64,000 bases of DNA from Malacoraja senta (lineage: Eukaryota): the NCBI GenBank assembly GCA_038087875.1, contig CM075988.1, positions 23,252,001 through 23,316,000 on the forward strand, in the 5' to 3' direction. The first letter of the stretch is position 1, and each line of letters begins with the position of its first letter. The notes below the pieces were generated by a model, which was given only the letters and a program-made list of their open reading frames with translations, did no database searches and was not told the origin of the DNA. The position numbers and the translations under genes were made by a program. This document shows, in pieces, positions 1 through 12,589 of this stretch.

Positions 1-291
1 GAACTTTTAAAATACTTCTTGCAAGCATTAACTAGCATAGTTGGCAGCTTTGGTGAAAAGCAGGTATTGTGTCCATAACCTTAATCGAAGATGCATAAAA
101 CCAACAGTAATGCGAGTACCATACGGGAAATGTAAAGATACGTTATCTGTATAAAGTAGATCTCTGGCTTATCGTACTTGCTTGAGTACTGAGTATCCTA
201 AAGGTCTAACTTTATGCCGGGCTGCCAGTATTGCCTTGAAGATCTACCCAAGGACTATTAAAGTTAACATAAAACCTTTCTATGCCTCATT

Positions 292-990
292 GTCGATGGT
301 TGAAAGGGTCAAGAGCTTCAAATTCCTGGGCGTGCACATCTCTGAAGATCTTTCCTGGTCCGAGAACACTGATGCAATTATCAAGAAAGCACATCAGCGC
401 CTCTACTTCCTGAGAAGATTACGGCGAGTCGGTTTGTCAAGGAGGACTCTCTCTAACTTCCACAGATGCACAGTAGAGAGCATGCTGACCGGTTGCATCG
501 TGGCTTGGTTCGGCAACTTGAGCGCCCTGGAGAGGAAAAGACTACAAAAAGTAGTAAATACTGCCCAGTCCATCATCGGCTCTGACCTTCCTTCCATCGA
601 GGGGGTTTATTGCAGTTGCTGCCTCAAAAAGGCTGTCAGTATCATCAAAGACCCACACCATCCTGGCCACACACTCATCTCCCTGCTACCTTCACGTAGA
701 AGGTACAGGAGCCTGAAGACTGCAATGACCAGGTTCAGGAATAGCTACTTCCCCACAGCCATCAGGCTATTAAACTTGGCTCGGACAAAACTCTGAACAT
801 TAATAGCCCATTATCTGTTATTTTCACTTTATCAGTTTATTTATTCATGTGTGTATATATTTATATAATGGTATATGGACACACTGATCTGTTTTGTAGT
901 CATGCCTACTATATTCTGTTGTGCTGAAGCAAAGCAAGAATTTAATTGTCCTATCAGGGACACATGACAATAAACTCACGAACTTGAAGT
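292..990 (+). mobile_element. 5'-truncated Rex1/Babar-type LINE (RT C-terminal region + 3' UTR)
   Basis: ORF 182-796 contains FKFLGVHISEDLSWSENTDAIIKKAHQRLYFLRRLRR...RYRSL...RFRNSYFPTAIRLLN, typical of the Rex1/Babar ORF end; 3' UTR ends GACAATAAACTC; near-identical copy at 25.8 kb. Confidence 0.85.
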
Positions 991-1240
991 TGTCACCTTC
1001 CCCTAGCTAACAATGATCTACATTATCCTTGAGCCTAGTCCCCTTTGATCTCCTGTTTTCACACCTTACCCTTCCATATCTCTGTGTCTCCCTCTCCCCG
1101 ACTCTCAGTCTGAAGAAGGAACTCGACCCGAAACGTCACCCATTCCTTCTCTCCAGAGATGCTGCCTGTCCCGCTGAGTTACTCCAGCATTGCGTATTTA
1201 TCTTCGGGGTAAACCAGCATCTGCAGTTCCTTCCTACACA
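990..1240 (+). mobile_element. Penelope-like element 3' terminus with hammerhead-like core (1110-1137)
   Basis: CTGAAGAAGGAACTCGACCCGAAACGTC followed by the terminal motif ...GATGCTGCCTGTCCCGCTGAGTTACTCCAGC...CAGCATCTGCAGTTCC repeated throughout the window. Confidence 0.75.
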
Positions 1241-1914
1241 ATAAAATATAACTGGGTGAGAGATAAAACAGGCTATGGTTTATTACAGCCTATTATGCAG
1301 CACTCCTAAAAGATGCATTTTCACACCTTGAGCTTTGCGGGCTTGATAGGATGTGTCTGAGAAAGCAGTTTGCCTTTGGCAGGCAGTGGCAAAATGATCC
1401 AGTTCACTGGAAATTACAAGCCTGCAGATGCTGAAAACCTGAAATAAACCCCCCCCAGAAAATGCTGTAATTACTCAGTAGGTCAGGCAGCATCAATTTG
1501 TCAAGCACTAGCATTCTAAACCAGCCTCAGAGATGGACACAAAATGCTGTAGTAACACAGCAGGTCAGGCAGCATCTCTGGAGAACATGGATAGGTGACG
1601 GAACATGGATATGCCAGGACCCTGCTACCCGACCCAACTGATTTACTCCAGCATTTTGTGTTTGTCTTTGGTATAAACTAACAAGTTCAGTTCCTTTTGA
1701 TTCAACCATTTTCAGGGTACTGTACCAAGAAATAATCAGCATGTTTTCTGATTAGCAACAAGGAACTGCAAGGGGAAGGGTTGCTAGTAATTGAAAAATT
1801 TAAGAATTCAATGTTCACACTGTTGGTTTGGAAGCGTAATAGGAGATGCTCATTCCATAAACCATAGGAGCAGAGATAGGCCATGTACAGTAGCCCATCA
1901 AGTCTACTCCACCA

Positions 1915-2250
1915 TCACAAAGGCAAGCTTGAGCAACAGATGCATGAGATGGAGGAGAATCAGGGAATACAATATACCACGGTAAAACATAAATTCATGT
2001 CCTTGGAGCAGAATTAGGCCATTCAGTCCATCGAGTCCATGCCGCCATTCAATCATGGCTGATCTAAAGGTTATGGGGAGAAGGCAGGGGAATGGGGTTG
2101 AGAGGGAGAGATAGATCAGCCATGATTGAATTGCAGAGTAGACTCGATGGGCTGAATGCCTAATTCTGCTCCAAGGACATGAATTTATGTTTTACCGTGG
2201 TATATTGTATTCCCTGATTCTCCGCCATCTCACGCATCTTGCCTTTGTGA
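1915..2250. repeat. Inverted duplication of a CR1 3' end plus ~80 bp flank
   Basis: 1915-2066 is the reverse complement of ~2112-2250, with a small insertion in the left arm. Confidence 0.85.
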
Positions 2251-2629
2251 CCTGTAGCAGTGCCCAGCACAGTGCTAGACTTCCACAGACAGCCCTCCCT
2301 AAACAAGACCCTGGAGATACCTGACCCTCGAACAAGACTGTGACTGCTGAACTCTGTCGAAGCCACACTGCCTTGGGAGCCTCCTGCATCCTTCTCTGTA
2401 TTTTTACAGAAAAGCTCTATTTGAGCTTCTTACGCACAGAGATAGATTTAAATATCCTGCGAAAGCCATATCACAATAAAAATCAGGAAAGTCCCAGGAA
2501 ATCTAAAACAACCTTTCAATTTACATACATGGTTAATGGTTAAATATTTTGTAACTCACTCGATAACTGGATTTGCATATTAAGTTATCTCTCTTGTACA
2601 TTATCAGTAGTGAGAAATCTTTCAATTAT

Positions 2630-2750
2630 TTAAGAAGGAACTGCAGATGCTGGAAAAATCGAAGGTAGACAAAAATGCTGGAGAAACTCAGCGGGTAAGG
2701 CAGCATCTATGATGCTGCCTCACCCGCTGAGTTTCTCCAGCATTTTTGTC
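2630..2750. mobile_element. Fold-back PLE terminal unit with 14-bp TSD
   Basis: Head-to-head PLE ends; AATCTTTCAATTAT at 2616-2629 and 2751-2764. Confidence 0.8.
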
Positions 2751-2872
2751 AATCTTTCAATTATCGTGCTTTATCCCTCGTGATATAAATTGACTTGGAA
2801 TCCATCCCTCGAAGTCTTTCCCTTTATTCGAGAACTTGATACCCAGTCTCAAGTTACCTATTATATTCCCCT

Positions 2873-3011
2873 GTTTGAAGTCTGAAGAAGGGTCTCGACC
2901 CGAAACGTCGCCTATTTCCTTCGCTCCATAGATGCTGCCTCACCCGCTGAGTTTCTCCAGCATTTTTGTCTACCTTCGATTTTGCCAGCATCTGCAGTTC
3001 CTTCTTAAATG
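2873..3011 (+). mobile_element. Solo PLE terminus with intact hammerhead-like core (2882-2909), 12-bp TSD
   Basis: CTGAAGAAGGGTCTCGACCCGAAACGTC; TTATATTCCCCT on both sides. Confidence 0.8.
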
Positions 3012-3193
3012 TTATATTCCCCTCGACATTTTCACTGATAAAGCTTCCTATGTCACTTCTTCTCCTGTCCCTTCACTTATTCTTGGGCGGTCCTCCAGGT
3101 GAACCAAGGTCTTGCTTCCACCCTGGTTGAGTTAAGGCCATTGTGGGGCCCATTGGGTGTTCCACAGAGAACGCAGGAGATGGTTGAAGGGGC

Positions 3194-3406
3194 AATAGAC
3201 AATAGACAATAGGTGCAGGAGTAGGCCATTTGGCCCTTCGAGCCAGCACCGCCATTCAATGTGATCATGGCTGACCATCCCCAATCAGTACCCCGTTCCT
3301 GCCTTCTCCCCATATCCCCTGACTCTGCTATTTTTAAGAGCCCTATCTAGCTCTCTCTTGAAAGCATCCAGAGAACCTGCCTCCACCGCCCTCAGAGGCA
3401 GAGAAT
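3194..3406 (-). mobile_element. CR1 LINE 3' end
   Basis: Minus strand encodes ...LDAFKRELDRAL...GYGEKAGTGY*; (CTATTGT)n tail. Confidence 0.85.
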
Positions 3407-4973
3407 GGGGTGGTGAACTTCATGCACTGCTTACGCTTCTGATGCACGGACTCAGGCTCAGGCATTTCTATGAGTCAATGATATATTGTATTGTATTTTT
3501 TCCAAGAGGGAGGCGTTGAGAACAGCCTTGTACCTTTTCCTCTTGGTAATACCTTCCCATGAGAAAGCACAGATTTGACAGATGGTTGCAGGAGACACCA
3601 AGATCTTCATATTGATATCTCTCCTCTGCTCGTTCAGTCCAGATGAAGAGTCCCAACACAAAATATGAACTGTCATATCTTCATAAGTGATAGGAGCAGA
3701 ATGAGACCATTCAGCCCATCAAGACTACTCTGCCATTCAATCATAGCTGATCTATCTTTCCCTTTTAATCCCATTCTTCTGCCTTCTCCCCATAACACCG
3801 ATACCTGTATTAACCATTTCCCTTCACGGATGCTTCTCAACACGCTAAGTTCCTCTTGCAGATTGTTGTTGATCCATATTCCCAAATACACACGAATGAA
3901 TGAATGAATAAGTTTATTGGCCAAGTATTCACATACAAGGAATTTGCCTTGGTGCTCCGCCCACAAGTGACATTACGACATACAGTAAACAATTAAGAAT
4001 AAAACATAAAACATTTAAAACATTAATAATAAAACATTCTAGTTTAAACATGAAATAAAATACCAGAGCATAAGGAGGCTACCTTTCAGCCAATTATTTA
4101 CCATTTGGAAAATCTAAACTTGACTATTAAAATCACGTTGAAATGTGTTGTGTGATTATCATCCCATTCTCTCCCTTCTGAGGGAATGTGGAGCTACACA
4201 ACTATTCCTTTTTAATTGCACTCTTGCCATTTGCTTGTGGAGGACGGGAACACCCAGAGAAAACCCACACACTCACAGGAAGGACGTGCAAACTCCACAC
4301 AGACAGCGCCCAGGGTCAGCGTTGAATCTGGGTCACTGCAGCAGAGTCAGTGGCTCAACGGACAACACCATTGTGGACTCTGAACAGGTACAACTAATCC
4401 CCCCCGGAGCTGTACAATTTCAGAGAACAATTAAGAATCACAATGTTTCAGGAAGACAGATTTCTTGCATCAGTGAAGCAGATGAATCTTTATAACAATC
4501 CAAACAGCCACTCAGAAACCAATGTTGTAAATTCCAGATTAATTTAATTGCCTTTATTTAATTTCCAAGACTACTTCCCTGCGATTCCCACTAACACTTT
4601 AACGTTTGGTCAATTCTGTTATTAATACGAAGACTGGTCGGGTGGCCTGCGGCCATTTGTAGGACAGGCCTGGTTCACCACTGCGGAGACGGCCCCAGTG
4701 GGCCGCAGCCTACAGGGGGAAGCTCGGAAGCACTGAAGACCGAAGAGTGGAGGGGGAGGGAACAGCTGGCGACAACGGACGAGATGAGTGGGCCGGTAGG
4801 GGAGTGACCAGGGTATTGCCTCCAGCGCCTTCAAGGTCGGCTGCAGGAGGCGTCCCCGGGACACAGAGGGGGTCAGGCGAGGAGAGGGATGTCGGGTCGT
4901 GGGCCTGCAGCCACCTGGGGCTCACCTGGATCGGGATGCTCTGGTACTCCCAGCACGAGGACTGGACTTTGTT

Positions 4974-6168
4974 CTTTCAGAAGGCTTTCTACAAGGTCCC
5001 ACATAAGAGATTAGTATGCAAACTTAAAGCACACGGTATTGGGGATTCAGTATTGATGTGGATAGAGAACTGGCTGGCTGACAGGAAGAAAAGAGTAGGA
5101 GTAAACGGGTCCTTTTCAGAATGGCAGGCAGTGACTAGTGGGGTACCGCAAGGCTCAGTGCTGGGACCCCAGCTATTTACAATATATATTAATGATTTGG
5201 ACGAGGGAATTGAATGCAACATCTCCAAGTTTGCGGATGACACATAGCTGGGGGGCAGTGTTAGCTGTGAGGAGGATGCTAGGAGGCTGCAAGGTGACTT
5301 GGATAGGCTGGGTGAGTGGGCAAATGCATGGCAGATGCAGTATAATGTGGATAAATGTGAGGTTATCCACTTTGTTGGCAAAAACAGGAAAGTAGACTAT
5401 TATCTGAATGGTGGCCGATTAGAAAAAGGGGAGATGCAACGAGACCTGGGTGTCATGGTACACCAGTCATTGAAAGTAGGCATGCAGGTGCAGCAGGCAG
5501 TGAAGAAAGCGAATGGTATGTTAGCATTCATAGCAAAAGGATTTGAGTATAGGAGCAGGGAGGTTCTACTGCAGTTGTACAGGGTCTTGGTGAGACCACA
5601 CCTGGAGTATTGCGTACAGTTTTGGTCTCCTAATCTGAGGAAGGACATTCTTGCCATAGAGAGAGTACAGAGAAGGTTCACCAGACTGATTCCTGGGATG
5701 TCAGGACTTTCATATGTAGAAAGACTGGATAGACTCGGCTTGTACTCGCTAGAATTTAGAAGATTGAGGGGGGATCCTATAGAAACTTACAAAATTCTTA
5801 AGGGGTTGGACAGGCTAGATGCAGGAAGATTGTTCCCGATGTTGGGGAAGTCCAGAACAAGGGGTTACAGTTTAAGGATAAAGGGGAAATTTTTTAGGAC
5901 TGAGATGAGAAAAACATTTTTCACACAGAGAGTGGTGAATCTCTGGAATTCTCTGGCACAGAATGTAGTTGAAGCCAGTTCATTGGCTACATCTAAGAGG
6001 GAGTTAGATGTGGCCCTTGTGGCTAAAGGGATCAGGGGGTATGGAGAGAAGGCAGGTACAGGATACTGAGTTGGATGATCAGCCAATGATCATATTGAAT
6101 GGTGGTGCAGGCTCTAGGGCCGAATGGCGTACTTCTGCACTTATTTTCTATGTTTCTATGTTTCTATG
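4974..6168 (+). mobile_element. 5'-truncated CR1 LINE (RT domain to 3' tail), premature stop after FADDT
   Basis: [36 protein letters not shown] (TAG 5245-5247), LVRPHLEYCVQFWSP, RVVNLWNSL; (TTTCTATG)n tail. Confidence 0.95.
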
Positions 6169-6469
6169 ACAACAACTCTTGTGCTACCAAAGCTTTCGGG
6201 GTGGTTTTCACACACACAAAAGTGACAACATGGAGACACAGGCCACTCGGCCCACCAAGTCCATGTTGACCAGCGATCACCCATTCATACTAATTCTATT
6301 CCTTATTCTAATTCCTCCCACATCCGCTCCCCACATACTGGGGGCAATTTCCGGAGGCCAATTAATCTACAAACCCGCACGTCTTTGGGATTTGGGAGGA
6401 AACCGGAGCGCCCGGAGAAAACCCGCGCGGTCAGAGAAACAGCGCGCAAACTCCACTCAGACACCACCG

Positions 6470-7080
6470 GGTGGCGCCAGCAATGCTGCCTCGCCAACAG
6501 TCTTCTCTGTTGTTTCTTTAGTATGTGCTAAATGTATGTTTTTAGTGTTCTTCAGCTTGTTTTATGTGGGGGGTGGTGGGGGGTGGTGGGGGTTGGAGGA
6601 GAAACTTTTTTTTTTAATCTCTTACCTCGACGGAGATGCGATTTTATTTCCGTATCGTATCTCTGTCCGCACTGCGGCCTAACATCGTGGGGCTGGAGGG
6701 CCGACTTCGGGAGCTCCAACCACGAGAGCCCGCCGGACTTAACATCGCGGAGCTCCCGATCCCTGGTTAGAGATCGACTTCGGAGGCTCAAAGTCACGGG
6801 ATCTTCGACGTCCCCGAAGCGGGGGCTTTGACCGCCGGCTGCGGGAGCTTCGATTGCCCCGACAGATGGTTCGACTGCTCCCACCGCGGGAGAAAAGTGA
6901 GGGAAGAAGATTAGACTTTATTGCCTTCCATCACAGTGAGGAAGGTGGGGAATCCGATGTGGTGGATGTTTATGTTAACTTTTATGTAGTTGTGTGTCTG
7001 TGTATGGCTGTATGGTAATGCGAATATCACTGTACCTTAATTGGTACACGTGACAATAAAAGACCGTGAAACCTTTGAAA
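6470..7080 (+). mobile_element. Non-autonomous GC-rich retroposon with Rex1/L2-like 3' tail, nested in a minus-strand HE1-like SINE
   Basis: SINE sequence breaks at ~6469 and resumes at 7081; ends GGTACACGTGACAATAAA plus short repeats; no credible ORF. Confidence 0.55.
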
Positions 7081-7306
7081 CCCGAGGTCGGGTTCGAAAC
7101 TGGGTCTCTGGCGCGGTGAGGCAGCAGCACTACCAGCTGCACCACTACAGTACTTTAACATTTGTATGTTGTCATTAAGGATCAGGCAACAACAGAGGGG
7201 AACAAAGCAATCTCTTCACCATTTAAAATTCACAGCAATTCTGACAACAAACACTGGCACATCTGATCAACTGTGGCAGGACTTTGAAGGTTATCCAAAG
7301 AAGATT

Positions 7307-7596
7307 GGCACATGGAGCAGCGGTAGAGTTGCTGCCTTACAACGCCAGAGACCTGGGTTCGATCCCGACTATGGGTGCTGTCTGTACAGAGTTTATACAT
7401 TCTCCATGACCCATGTGGGTTTTCTCCGGATACCTCCCACACTCTAAAGATGTACAGTTTTGTAGGTTAATTGGCTTTGGTAAAATGGTAAATTGTCCCT
7501 AGTGTGTGTAGAGGGTAGTGTTAATGCATTGGGATCGCTGGTTGGTGCGGACTCGATGGGCCGAAAGGCCCGTTTCCACGCTGTAACTAAACTAGA
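7307..7596 (+). mobile_element. HE1-like tRNA-derived SINE
   Basis: A-box-like TGGAGCAGCGG, B box GGTTCGATCC, 3' end shared with CR1-type LINE tail (GGGCCGAAAGGCCCGTTTCCACGCTG), CTAAA tail. Confidence 0.85.
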
Positions 7597-7727
7597 CAAT
7601 CGGCTCAGCACTGACACCATCAGCTGTGACAATACCCCATTCTCTCAGAGCCTGCTCTCATCCCTAACACTGGCTGGCAGACCTGGAGAGGCCAGTCCCC
7701 GGCATCAGTGGCCACTGATCAGGGGCG

Positions 7728-8289
7728 TGGAGGGAGGGGAGAGGAGAGGAGGGGAGGAGGGGAGGGGAGGGGAGAGAGGGGAGGAAGGGGAGGGGAGGGG
7801 AGAGGAGAGGAGGGAGGGGATGGGAGGGCAGGAGAGGGGGGGGGGGAGAGGAGGGAGAGGAGGAGGGAGAGGAGAGGAGGGGAGGGGAGGAGGAGAGGGG
7901 AGAGGAGGGAGGGGATGGGAGGGGAGGGGGGAGGGGGAGGGGAGAGGAGAGGGAGAGGGGAGAGGAGGGAGGGGATGGGAGGGGAGGAGAGGGGAGAGGA
8001 GGGAGAGGAGAGGAGGGGAGGGGAGGAGAGGGGAGAGGGGAGAGGGGAGGGGAGAGGAGAGGAAAGGAGGGGAGGGGAGGGGCAGGGAGGGGAGGGGGAG
8101 GGGAGGGGAGGGGAGGGGAGGGGAGGGGAGGGGAGGGGAGGGGAGGGGAGAAGAGAGGAGAGGAAGGGAGGGGAGGTAGGGAAGGAGGGAAGGGGAGAGG
8201 GGAGGGAGGGGAGGGGAGGGGAGGGAGGGAAGGAGGAAAGAGGAGAGGGGAGGGGAGGGAGGGAAGGGGTAAAGGGGGGAGAGGGGGGT
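7728..8289. repeat. Polypurine (GGAGG/GGGGA)n low-complexity tract
   Basis: ~560 bp almost exclusively G/A; the G/R/E-rich and P/S/L-rich ORFs are artefacts. Confidence 0.95.
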
Positions 8290-9189
8290 ACTTATTCCTT
8301 TGATTCTTACCATCATCATGTGGGTGTTGTAGTACACAAAACGCATCAACTTACTTTCTTACGCTAGCTAAGTTGCAAAAATAACAAATTGATGCTGGCT
8401 GGGGAACTTGTTTCAATAATGTTGGTTAATAGATAAATATTTCCCAGGGCTGCCTATACTCCTTCTTACAATGCCATAACTTACCAACCCTTGCATGAGG
8501 GTTTGGTGAAGTTAAACCAATATACAGTTGGGCACCAAGTTGGACCTGGTCCAATGTCCAGTGTGAGATTCTGCCCACGGCCAACAGAAAAGAAATGGGT
8601 CTTTCCTCAAACGAATATTCTACCTTCGATTTTACCAGCATCTGCAGTACTTTCTTAAACATTATTTAATATCAGTTGTATGCCTGTGGCATTTGTTGCA
8701 GAGAATTCAGCTGCAAAAACAGTCTGGTCACCTGGGGCAAATAAGTAAAGTGCTCTAACTTACATCTTGTCATCTCAGCAGGACAAATGTGTCATTCCTC
8801 TTTGAGGATCATTGCTTAAAAGGGTTGTAGAGGATAGTGCACTGCCACTCATCATTAATTGCAGCTTAAGTATGAAGTATGAGATGAAAATCAAAGTCAT
8901 GGGAGGAAGGCACTTAGCAGAGAAGTATAAACCAGGTAGATACCATCTGTTGTTGGGAAGACGCTGACATCTGTAATCAAGGAATAAAAAACTTCCATAG
9001 TTATTTACAAAGCTTGTGTAAGAAAGAACTGCAGATGCCGGTTTAAATCGAAGATAGACACAAAATGCTGGAGTAACTCAGCGGGACAGGCAGCATCTCT
9101 GGAGAGAAGGAATGGGTGACGTTTCGGATCGAGTCTCGTAAGTCTGAAGAAGTGTCCCGACCCCTAAACGTCACCCATTCCTTCTCTCC

Positions 9190-9505
9190 AGAGTCTCTTG
9201 CCCAGAGTAGGTGAATCGAGGACCAAACATAGGTTTAAGGTGAAGGGGAAAAGAGTTAATAGGAATCTTAGGGGTAACTTTTTCACACAAAGGGTGGTGG
9301 GTGTATGGAATGAGCTGCCAGTGGAGGTAGTTGAGGCAGGGACTATCCCAACGTTTAAGAAACAGTTAGACAGGTGCATGGATAGGACAGGTTTGGAGGG
9401 ATATGGGCCAAATGCGGGCAGGTGGGACAAGAGTAGCTGGGACCTATTGTCTGGTTTGGGCAAGTTGGGCTGAAGGGCCTGTTTCCACGCTGTAATGCTA
9501 TGACT
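9190..9505 (+). mobile_element. CR1/HER1-type LINE 3' end
   Basis: ...RGNFFTQRVVGVWNELP..FKKQLDR..EGYGPNAGRWD; tail shared with the SINE 3' end. Confidence 0.85.
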
Positions 9506-10018
9506 TTATCAGCCACTGAGATATTGAATAGTGGGGCAGGCTCAGGAGAGGCCAAATGGGCTATTCTTGTTTTCTTACATCTAATCCTGTGGGTAAACGT
9601 TTTGAATGTTACTTGAGTCTGAAGGATATGCTGCAACCTTCTGTAAAATGGATTCTAAAACCAAATTCTAAATTGTACATTTGTTGGAACAGATTTGCCA
9701 TTTACAGGAATGAGTTCATTCATTTACGGAAGTGGGAATCCCAGGTGTGTGTGTGTGTGTGGAGGTTCAGCTTGATGATGTTACCACACTAGTGGAGTGC
9801 CAGCGACAAGCAGCAGTGATGAAACACCAAAACTGTGCCACAGAGACTAGAGTCATTGAGTTACACAGCATGGAGACAGGCCCTTCTGCCCATCCCGTCC
9901 GTAACCACCAAGGTGCCTACGACCATGTTCCTGGTCCCATTGCCTGCATCTGACCCACATCGCTCTGACCCTTTCCTAGTCGTATACCTGTCCAAATGTC
10001 CGTTAAATGTTGCAACTG

Positions 10019-11252
10019 AATGACCGAGACACTGCATTTAGAAAAAATAAGGCTTGTTTTGTCTGACAAATCAGACCAATTTCCCAAAATATGGTCTCCT
10101 TTCATTGAATTTCTTCAACACAAATTCAACACAAATTCAAAACCGAGCAAGGGTCGGGTGAGCGGGCGTAGGGAAGGGTAGTGGGGATATACCCTTGTCG
10201 GGGTATGTGTGTGGGGGGGTGGGGGTGGGGGTGGGGGGGGGGGGAACTTTAAAATCTTTCCCTGCACGGGAGACCCGACCTTTTCTTAGTCGGGTCTCCG
10301 TTGTCGTTGGGGCTGGGCAACGTGGAGCGGCCTCCAGCAGGAGCGACCTGGGGCTCCAGGCGGACTACTCACCGTCGCGGGGCTGGCCGAGTCCGGAGCG
10401 GGTGGAGCTGTGGTGGAGACAATCGCTGCTGCGACCCGACCCCCGGAGATTCGGAGGCTACAACCGCGGGTCTGGCGGACGGCAACACCGTAAGCCCGCG
10501 GGTCCCCTGGTGGGAGACCGCTTTTCGGGGCTTCCACAGCGGCGACTTCTCCCGCCCGAGTTGCGGGGTTGAAGCGCACCTGGAGCGGGGCTTTATCCCC
10601 CCGTGCGGCTTGGAATGGCCACCGGACTTTGCGGGCGCGCGCCGGGGCTCTAACACCAAGACCCGGTGCGCCACCCTGCATTAACCGGCGTGGCTTTAAT
10701 GGCCGCGGGATAATCACCATCGCCCGCCGGGGGCTTTGACTTTGACTCTGACATCGGGGGGGGGGAGTGCAGTGGAGAGATACGTGTTTTTGCCTTCCAT
10801 CACAGCGCTGTGATGGATGTATGTGTAAATTGTGTTGTGTCTCGGGTCTTCTTCGTTTTGTAATGTATGGCTGCAGAAACGACATTTCGTTTGGACCTCA
10901 AGGGGTCCAAATGACAAATTTGTCCAAAAAGACAAATAAATTGAATTGAATTGAAATTGAATTGAATATATCTCCGCTTTTTTTCCACTTCTCCGTTAGT
11001 TCAGGGGTTTTTCTTTTTTCTTTTTCATATCTTTTTTGAAATTCTTTCTTTTCTTTTTCCTTTCTTCTTCCTTTCCCTTCTTTCCTTATTTTCTTTTTTC
11101 CCGATTTACTTATGAGTGTTATTACTTATTACCTATTATAAAATGTTAAAACTGAAGCTGTACGAACATTTTATAATTGTTATGTCGATTACTTTCTCCT
11201 TGTACAATTGCTTCTAATAAAATAAATATATATATTTTTTAAATAAAAAATA
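10019..11252 (+). mobile_element. L1-clade 3' fragment with TSD, containing a nested element
   Basis: Translates MTETLHLEKIRLVLSDKSDQFPKIWSPFIEFL (fish L1 ORF2 end); T-rich UTR, AATAAA and A-rich tail; TSD AAATGTTGCAACTG at ~10005 and ~11253. Confidence 0.75.
10150..10965 (+). mobile_element. CpG-rich non-autonomous retroposon with (AATTG)n tail nested in L1
   Basis: Sharp GC rise; shares the GCCTTCCATCACAG module with 6.9 kb and 16.8 kb elements; AATAAA + (AATTG)n end; left boundary uncertain. Confidence 0.55.
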
Positions 11253-11779
11253 AAAATGTTGCAACTGTTACCTGCCTCTACCTCGACCACCTTTCCACAT
11301 ACCCACCATCATCCATGTGAAGAAGTTGGCCTTCAAATCCCTGTGAAATCTTGCCCCTCTCACTATGTTTTAGACTTCCCCATGCTGGGAAAAACAATGT
11401 GCCTGTCCAGCTTGTCTGGACCCCTCGTGATTTTATAAACTTTCCACAAAGTCACTCTCAGCCACCTTTGTTCCGGGGAAAACAGTCCCAGTCTACCCTG
11501 TCCCTCCTTATAACTCAAGCCAGTAACATACTTGTGAATCTTTTCTGCACCTTCTCTAGCTTAGTCAGAGTCTTAGAGCACAGAAACAGCCCCTTCGACC
11601 CTACTCATCCATGCTGACCAGAATACACTTGAAATTTAAGCTCCTCACATTTCTAGTCATCAATCTTAGCTCGTCACATTTCCCTGTGTTTGACTCATTT
11701 CCCGATAAACCGATACATGTATCTGTCCAAGTGTCCATTAAGTACTGTCATTGTATCTGCCTCAACCACCTCCTCTGGC

Positions 11780-11954
11780 AAGGTAGACAAAAGTGCTGGA
11801 GAAACTCAGCGGGTGCAGCAGCATCTACAGAGCGAATGAAATGGGCAAACGTTGCCTATTTGCTTTTGCTCCATAGATGCTGCTGCACCCACTGAGTTTC
11901 TCCAGCACTTTTGACTACCTTTGATTTTCCAGCATCTGCAGTTCCTTCTTAAAT
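11780..11954. mobile_element. Fold-back PLE terminal unit inserted in CR1 fragment
   Basis: Inverted arms meeting at GGCAAACGTTGCC; TSD ACCTCCTCTGGCAA. Confidence 0.75.
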
Positions 11955-12289
11955 ACCTCCTCTGGCAACTTGTTCCATGCACCTACCAACCTCTGAGCGA
12001 AAAAGATTCATTTTACAGAGGCCAATTAACCTGCAAACCCACTCATCGTTGGGATGTGGGATGAAACTGATGCACTCGGAGGAAACCCACACAGTCACAG
12101 AGAGAACATGCAAACTCCACACAGATAGCAGCCGAGGTCAGGATCGAACCTGGGTCTCTAGTGAGCTGCTCCACCAGCTGTGCCACGGTGCTGCCTGTCA
12201 TCCACTTTCTTTTCTATCTTTCTTTTGCTGCCTTCTATATTTTCCTCTTTATCTCTCAGCTTGAACATTTAAAAAAAAACATAATGTTA

Positions 12290-12589
12290 GGGTGGCACGG
12301 TGGCGCAGCGGTAGAGTTGCTGCCATACAGCGCCAGAGGCCAGGGTTCGATCCTGACTACGGGTGCTGTCTGTACGGAGTTTGTACTTTCTCCCTGTGAC
12401 CTGCGTGGGTTTTCTCCGGGTGCACCGGTTTACTCACCCGCTCCAAAGAAGTACAGGTTTGTAGGTTAATGGCTTGGTAAAATTGTAAATTGTTGCCAGT
12501 GTGTACAGGACAGTGTTATTGTGTGGGGATCGTTGTTCGGCGCGGACTCGGTGGGCCTGTTTCCGTGCTGTATCTCTAAACTAAACTAA
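12290..12589 (+). mobile_element. Full-length HE1-like SINE, followed directly by a PLE terminus (12590-12683)
   Basis: GGCACGGTGGCGCAGCGGTAGAG (A box), GGTTCGATCC (B box), (CTAAA)n tail. Confidence 0.9.

Noticed and set aside
7493..8367. 214-228 aa G/R/E- and P/S/L-rich ORFs
   Set aside because: Translation of a polypurine low-complexity tract
10195..10935. Overlapping ORFs and CpG-island-like composition (also 4640-4950, 6650-6900, 27040-27670)
   Set aside because: Lie within young repeats with retroposon tails or TIRs; stop-poor because of GC content; no evidence of a host promoter
12290..12365. tRNA-like sequence with A and B boxes
   Set aside because: Head of an HE1-like SINE; continues into the SINE body and is repeated many times
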